From Zoogloea sp. (GTDB lineage: Bacteria; Pseudomonadota; Gammaproteobacteria; Burkholderiales; Rhodocyclaceae): 64,000 nt of DNA. A program made the translations under genes and the position numbers. Numbering within the stretch: position 1 is the first letter of the stretch; each line of letters begins with the position of its first letter. This document shows, piece by piece, positions 61,150 to 64,000 of the stretch. Where the stretch lies: positions 3,909 through 67,908 of the forward strand of contig JAYRYA010000015.1 of the NCBI GenBank assembly GCA_041917255.1, written 5' to 3'. The notes beneath the pieces are model-generated. The model made no database searches. It saw only the letters and a list, made by a program, of their open reading frames with translations, and had not been told where the DNA came from.

Positions 61150-63180
61150 ATGTTGCCGCCTTGCCGGACTCCGACAGTCGCCTGCCGCTGCGCGGTGCTG
61201 CGCGCAGCGCTGCTGTGGCTGTTGCTGGGCGGTGGGTCGGTGGCGTGGGCGCAGACCGCGGTGACCTTGCAACTGCGCTGGCATCACGCCTTCCAGTTCG
61301 CGGGCTACTACGCGGCAATCGAGAAGGGCTATTTCAGGGATGCCGGGCTGGAGGTACAGCTCAAGGACGCCCGGCCCGGGCTGGACGTGGTGGACGAGGT
61401 GGTCTCCGGTCGGGCCGATTTTGGCGTTGGCAACAGCGGCCTCCTGATCGACCGCCTCGCCGGCAAGCCGGTGGTGGTGGTGGCGACGATCTTCCAGCAT
61501 TCGCCGCTGGTGCTGCTGACCCGCAGGGAGCAGGCGGTGCCCTCCGTCCATGATCTGATCGGCAAGCGGGTGATGTTGGAACCCGGTGCCGACGAGCTGC
61601 TGGCCTACCTGCGCAAGGAGCGCACCCCGGTCGAGCGGCTCAGGTTCGTCGAGCACACCTTCAATCCGAAATCCCTGATCGATGGCGACGTGGATGCGAT
61701 CAGCGCCTATTCGTCGAACGAGCCGTATTTCCTCGAGGCGGCGGGGATCGACTATCAGGTTTACACGCCCCGGTCGGCCGGGATCGATTTTTACGGCGAC
61801 AACCTCTTCACCACCGAAGATCTGCTACGCCGGAGCCCCGAGACCGTCCAGGCCTTTCGCGAGGCGAGCCTGCGGGGCTGGCGTTACGCCCTCGACCACC
61901 CGGACGAGATCGCCCGGCTGATTCACACCCGCTACCAAAATACGCTGCCCCTGGAGTTCTTTGTCTTCGAGGCGCGCCATTCGATCCCCCTGATCCGCCC
62001 CGATCTGGTAGAGGTGGGGTACATGAGCGCCGGGCGCTGGAAGCACATCGCCGAGGTCTATGCCGAGATCGGCATGCTGCCCCGGAATTTCGACTTCAAG
62101 GGCTTTCTGTACGAACCGGTTCGGGATGACCTCAAAGGCCTGCGCACGTCTCTGGGCGCGGCACTGGGTGGCATCGGGCTGATCACCCTGGTCGCGGCCT
62201 ACATCCTCCACATCAACCGGCGCCTGCACCGCAGTGTGGCCGAGACCCGCCAGGCGGCCGAGCGGCTTGAGGCCAGCGAAGAAAAATACCGACTCCTCAC
62301 GGAGACGATGAAGGACGTGGTGTGGACGGTGGACACCGACACCCTGCGTTTCATCTACGTGAGCCCGTCCATCGAGCGCCTGCGCGGCTACACCGCCGAC
62401 GAGGTCCTCGCGATGCCCTTCGAGGCCACCTTCCTGCCCCGCGACGCCGACGAGATGCGCATCGTGGCGCGTCAGCGGGCGCGCAGCTTCCTCGACAGTC
62501 CCGACGGCCCGCCGCGCTTCTACACCGACGAGGTGGAGCAGCCGCGCAAGGACGGCAGCACGGTGTGGATCGAGGTGGTCACCACCTATTGCCGAAACCC
62601 GCGTACCGGCAAAATCGAGCTGCACGGGGTGAGCCGCGACATCTCCGAGCGCCGGGCCAGCCAGGCGCGCATCGCCTACATGGCCGAGCACGACATGCTC
62701 ACCGACCTGCCCAACCGCACCCTGGTTACCGACCGCCTGCGCCAGGCCCTGTCTGCGGCGCGGCGCAACCGCCATCGGGTGGCGCTGCTGTACATCGACC
62801 TGGACCGCTTCAAACCGATCAACGATGCCTATGGTCACGCCGTGGGTGACCAGCTGCTGCGCGAGGCCGCGGTGCGGATGCGCATCTGCGTGCGCGAATC
62901 CGACACAGTCGGGCGTTTTGGTGGCGACGAGTTCGTCGTGCTTCTGCCCCATATCGATTCGATCCACGACGCCGAGCGGGTGGCCGAGAAGATCCGCGTG
63001 GCCCTGGCCGAACCCTTCCAGATCGAAGGCCTCCGGCTCGACGTGTCGTCCAGCGTCGGCATCGCTGTCTATCCCGAGCACGGCACCGACGACGTGAGCC
63101 TGCTGCTCCACGCCGACAGCGCCATGTACGCAGCCAAGCACGGCGGTCGTAACCGGGTCACGGTGTTCGGCGCCGACTGA
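61150..63180 (+). CDS. Diguanylate cyclase with NMT1/THI5-like periplasmic binding domain, TM and PAS
   Basis: LQLRWHHAFQFAGYYAA; PAS YVSPS..GY; HDMLTDLPNR, RFGGDEF. Confidence 0.9.
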   Translation: MLPPCRTPTVACRCAVLRAALLWLLLGGGSVAWAQTAVTLQLRWHHAFQFAGYYAAIEKGYFRDAGLEVQLKDARPGLDVVDEVVSGRADFGVGNSGLLIDRLAGKPVVVVATIFQHSPLVLLTRREQAVPSVHDLIGKRVMLEPGADELLAYLRKERTPVERLRFVEHTFNPKSLIDGDVDAISAYSSNEPYFLEAAGIDYQVYTPRSAGIDFYGDNLFTTEDLLRRSPETVQAFREASLRGWRYALDHPDEIARLIHTRYQNTLPLEFFVFEARHSIPLIRPDLVEVGYMSAGRWKHIAEVYAEIGMLPRNFDFKGFLYEPVRDDLKGLRTSLGAALGGIGLITLVAAYILHINRRLHRSVAETRQAAERLEASEEKYRLLTETMKDVVWTVDTDTLRFIYVSPSIERLRGYTADEVLAMPFEATFLPRDADEMRIVARQRARSFLDSPDGPPRFYTDEVEQPRKDGSTVWIEVVTTYCRNPRTGKIELHGVSRDISERRASQARIAYMAEHDMLTDLPNRTLVTDRLRQALSAARRNRHRVALLYIDLDRFKPINDAYGHAVGDQLLREAAVRMRICVRESDTVGRFGGDEFVVLLPHIDSIHDAERVAEKIRVALAEPFQIEGLRLDVSSSVGIAVYPEHGTDDVSLLLHADSAMYAAKHGGRNRVTVFGAD

Positions 63181-63317
63181 GACTCCTGTCGCAATCCCTT
63201 ACAGTTTCTTACTGCCTTGCCGTTCTTACGCTTCTAGAGTGGGCACCGTGGCCGGCCTCAGCAAATGCGCCGGCCGAAGCTTGCCCGATGTGCGACAACG
63301 AACAGGAAACCCAACGC

Positions 63318-63857
63318 ATGTTCTCCATGAAGCGAATCTTGAGTGCGGCGCTGCTTGCCGCTGCGGCCCAGGGCGCAATGGCCACCGATCTCGGGGTGTC
63401 GATCGGCATCGGCGATCCCAACTTCTACGGGCGCATCGACATCGGCAACTTTCCCCGCCCCGTTCTGATGTACCCCAAGCCGATGATCATCGCCCCGGCT
63501 CCCTACGCCGCTGCGCCCCTTTACCTGCGCGTACCCCCCGGCCACGCCCGCGACTGGCGCCGCTATTGCGGCCGTTACGACGCCTGCGGCGTGCCGGTCT
63601 ACTTCGTCCAGGACGGCTGGTATCGCAACGTTTATGCGCCGCGCTACCGGGCCGACTATGACCACCACGACCGCTACCACGACCGCCGCGACGACCGACG
63701 GGAAGAGCGCTTCGACGATCGACGGGATCGCCGCGACGACCGCTATGACGATCGGCACGATCGTCGACAGGATCGTCGTGAAGACCGGCGCGCCGAGCGC
63801 TTCGACGAGCGGGGCGGGCCGTGGAACGGTCATGGGCATGGCCGCGGCCGTGACTGA
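63318..63857 (+). CDS. Secreted Pro/Tyr-rich protein with Asp/Arg/His low-complexity tail
   Basis: Signal peptide AMA-T; GVSIGIG.P.FYGRI; YLRVPPGH..W..YC..Y.AC. Confidence 0.75.
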   Translation: MFSMKRILSAALLAAAAQGAMATDLGVSIGIGDPNFYGRIDIGNFPRPVLMYPKPMIIAPAPYAAAPLYLRVPPGHARDWRRYCGRYDACGVPVYFVQDGWYRNVYAPRYRADYDHHDRYHDRRDDRREERFDDRRDRRDDRYDDRHDRRQDRREDRRAERFDERGGPWNGHGHGRGRD

Positions 63858-64000
63858 GCAGGCCTGTTCCTGATCAAGGCGCAGATGGGCGGCGCGGGAT
63901 AGCGTTGGGGCTTCGGCCTTCAGTGCCACCCCCGCTTCCTGCTGCGCCCATGAAATTCGCCAACCAACCCCTCTGGCTCGTCGGCTTCCGGCCTTTCTTC

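Noticed and set aside
63655-63810. GACCGC/GACGAC-rich repeats
   Set aside because: They are a coding low-complexity Asp/Arg/His tail, not a CRISPR or DNA-level repeat.

Overview
GC-rich betaproteobacterial chromosome; gene content and style suggest Rhodocyclales/Zoogloeaceae (inference). Bases 1-19499 are the terminal part of an accessory island. It ends in a Tn7-like transposon end (TGTTTCCGGACAATAGTGTCTTGAA on the minus strand, three TnsB-like sites) 10 bp downstream of the amtB stop. The island carries copper-resistance cargo (copK, copA, cueR, small His-rich secreted proteins with a shared promoter module) and an orphan flgB next to an HD-GYP gene. It also holds two diverged copies of an MTase-less PD-(D/E)XK nuclease and a transposase-less Tn21-family mer mini-transposon (38-bp IRs, TACTT target duplication). 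The rest looks like core chromosome: amtB, fpr, pilA with a pEtN transferase and Gtr-like glycosylation genes, ampD, an SLT, an aminotransferase, ccdA/thioredoxin, mdtABC plus an outer-membrane factor (with a REP-bounded insert), a patatin, a frameshifted MCP, a Fur-controlled TonB receptor cluster and a GGDEF protein. The best candidate for an undescribed system is the operon at 36554-40366. It encodes a signal-less M6 metalloprotease with a Lys/Asp/Glu repeat tail and a PFISRELRPDL motif, followed by one degenerate and one intact MvdD/RimK-like ATP-grasp ligase, suggestive of a protease-fused graspetide-like precursor. All calls come from reading the sequence and ORF translations; no database searches were run.
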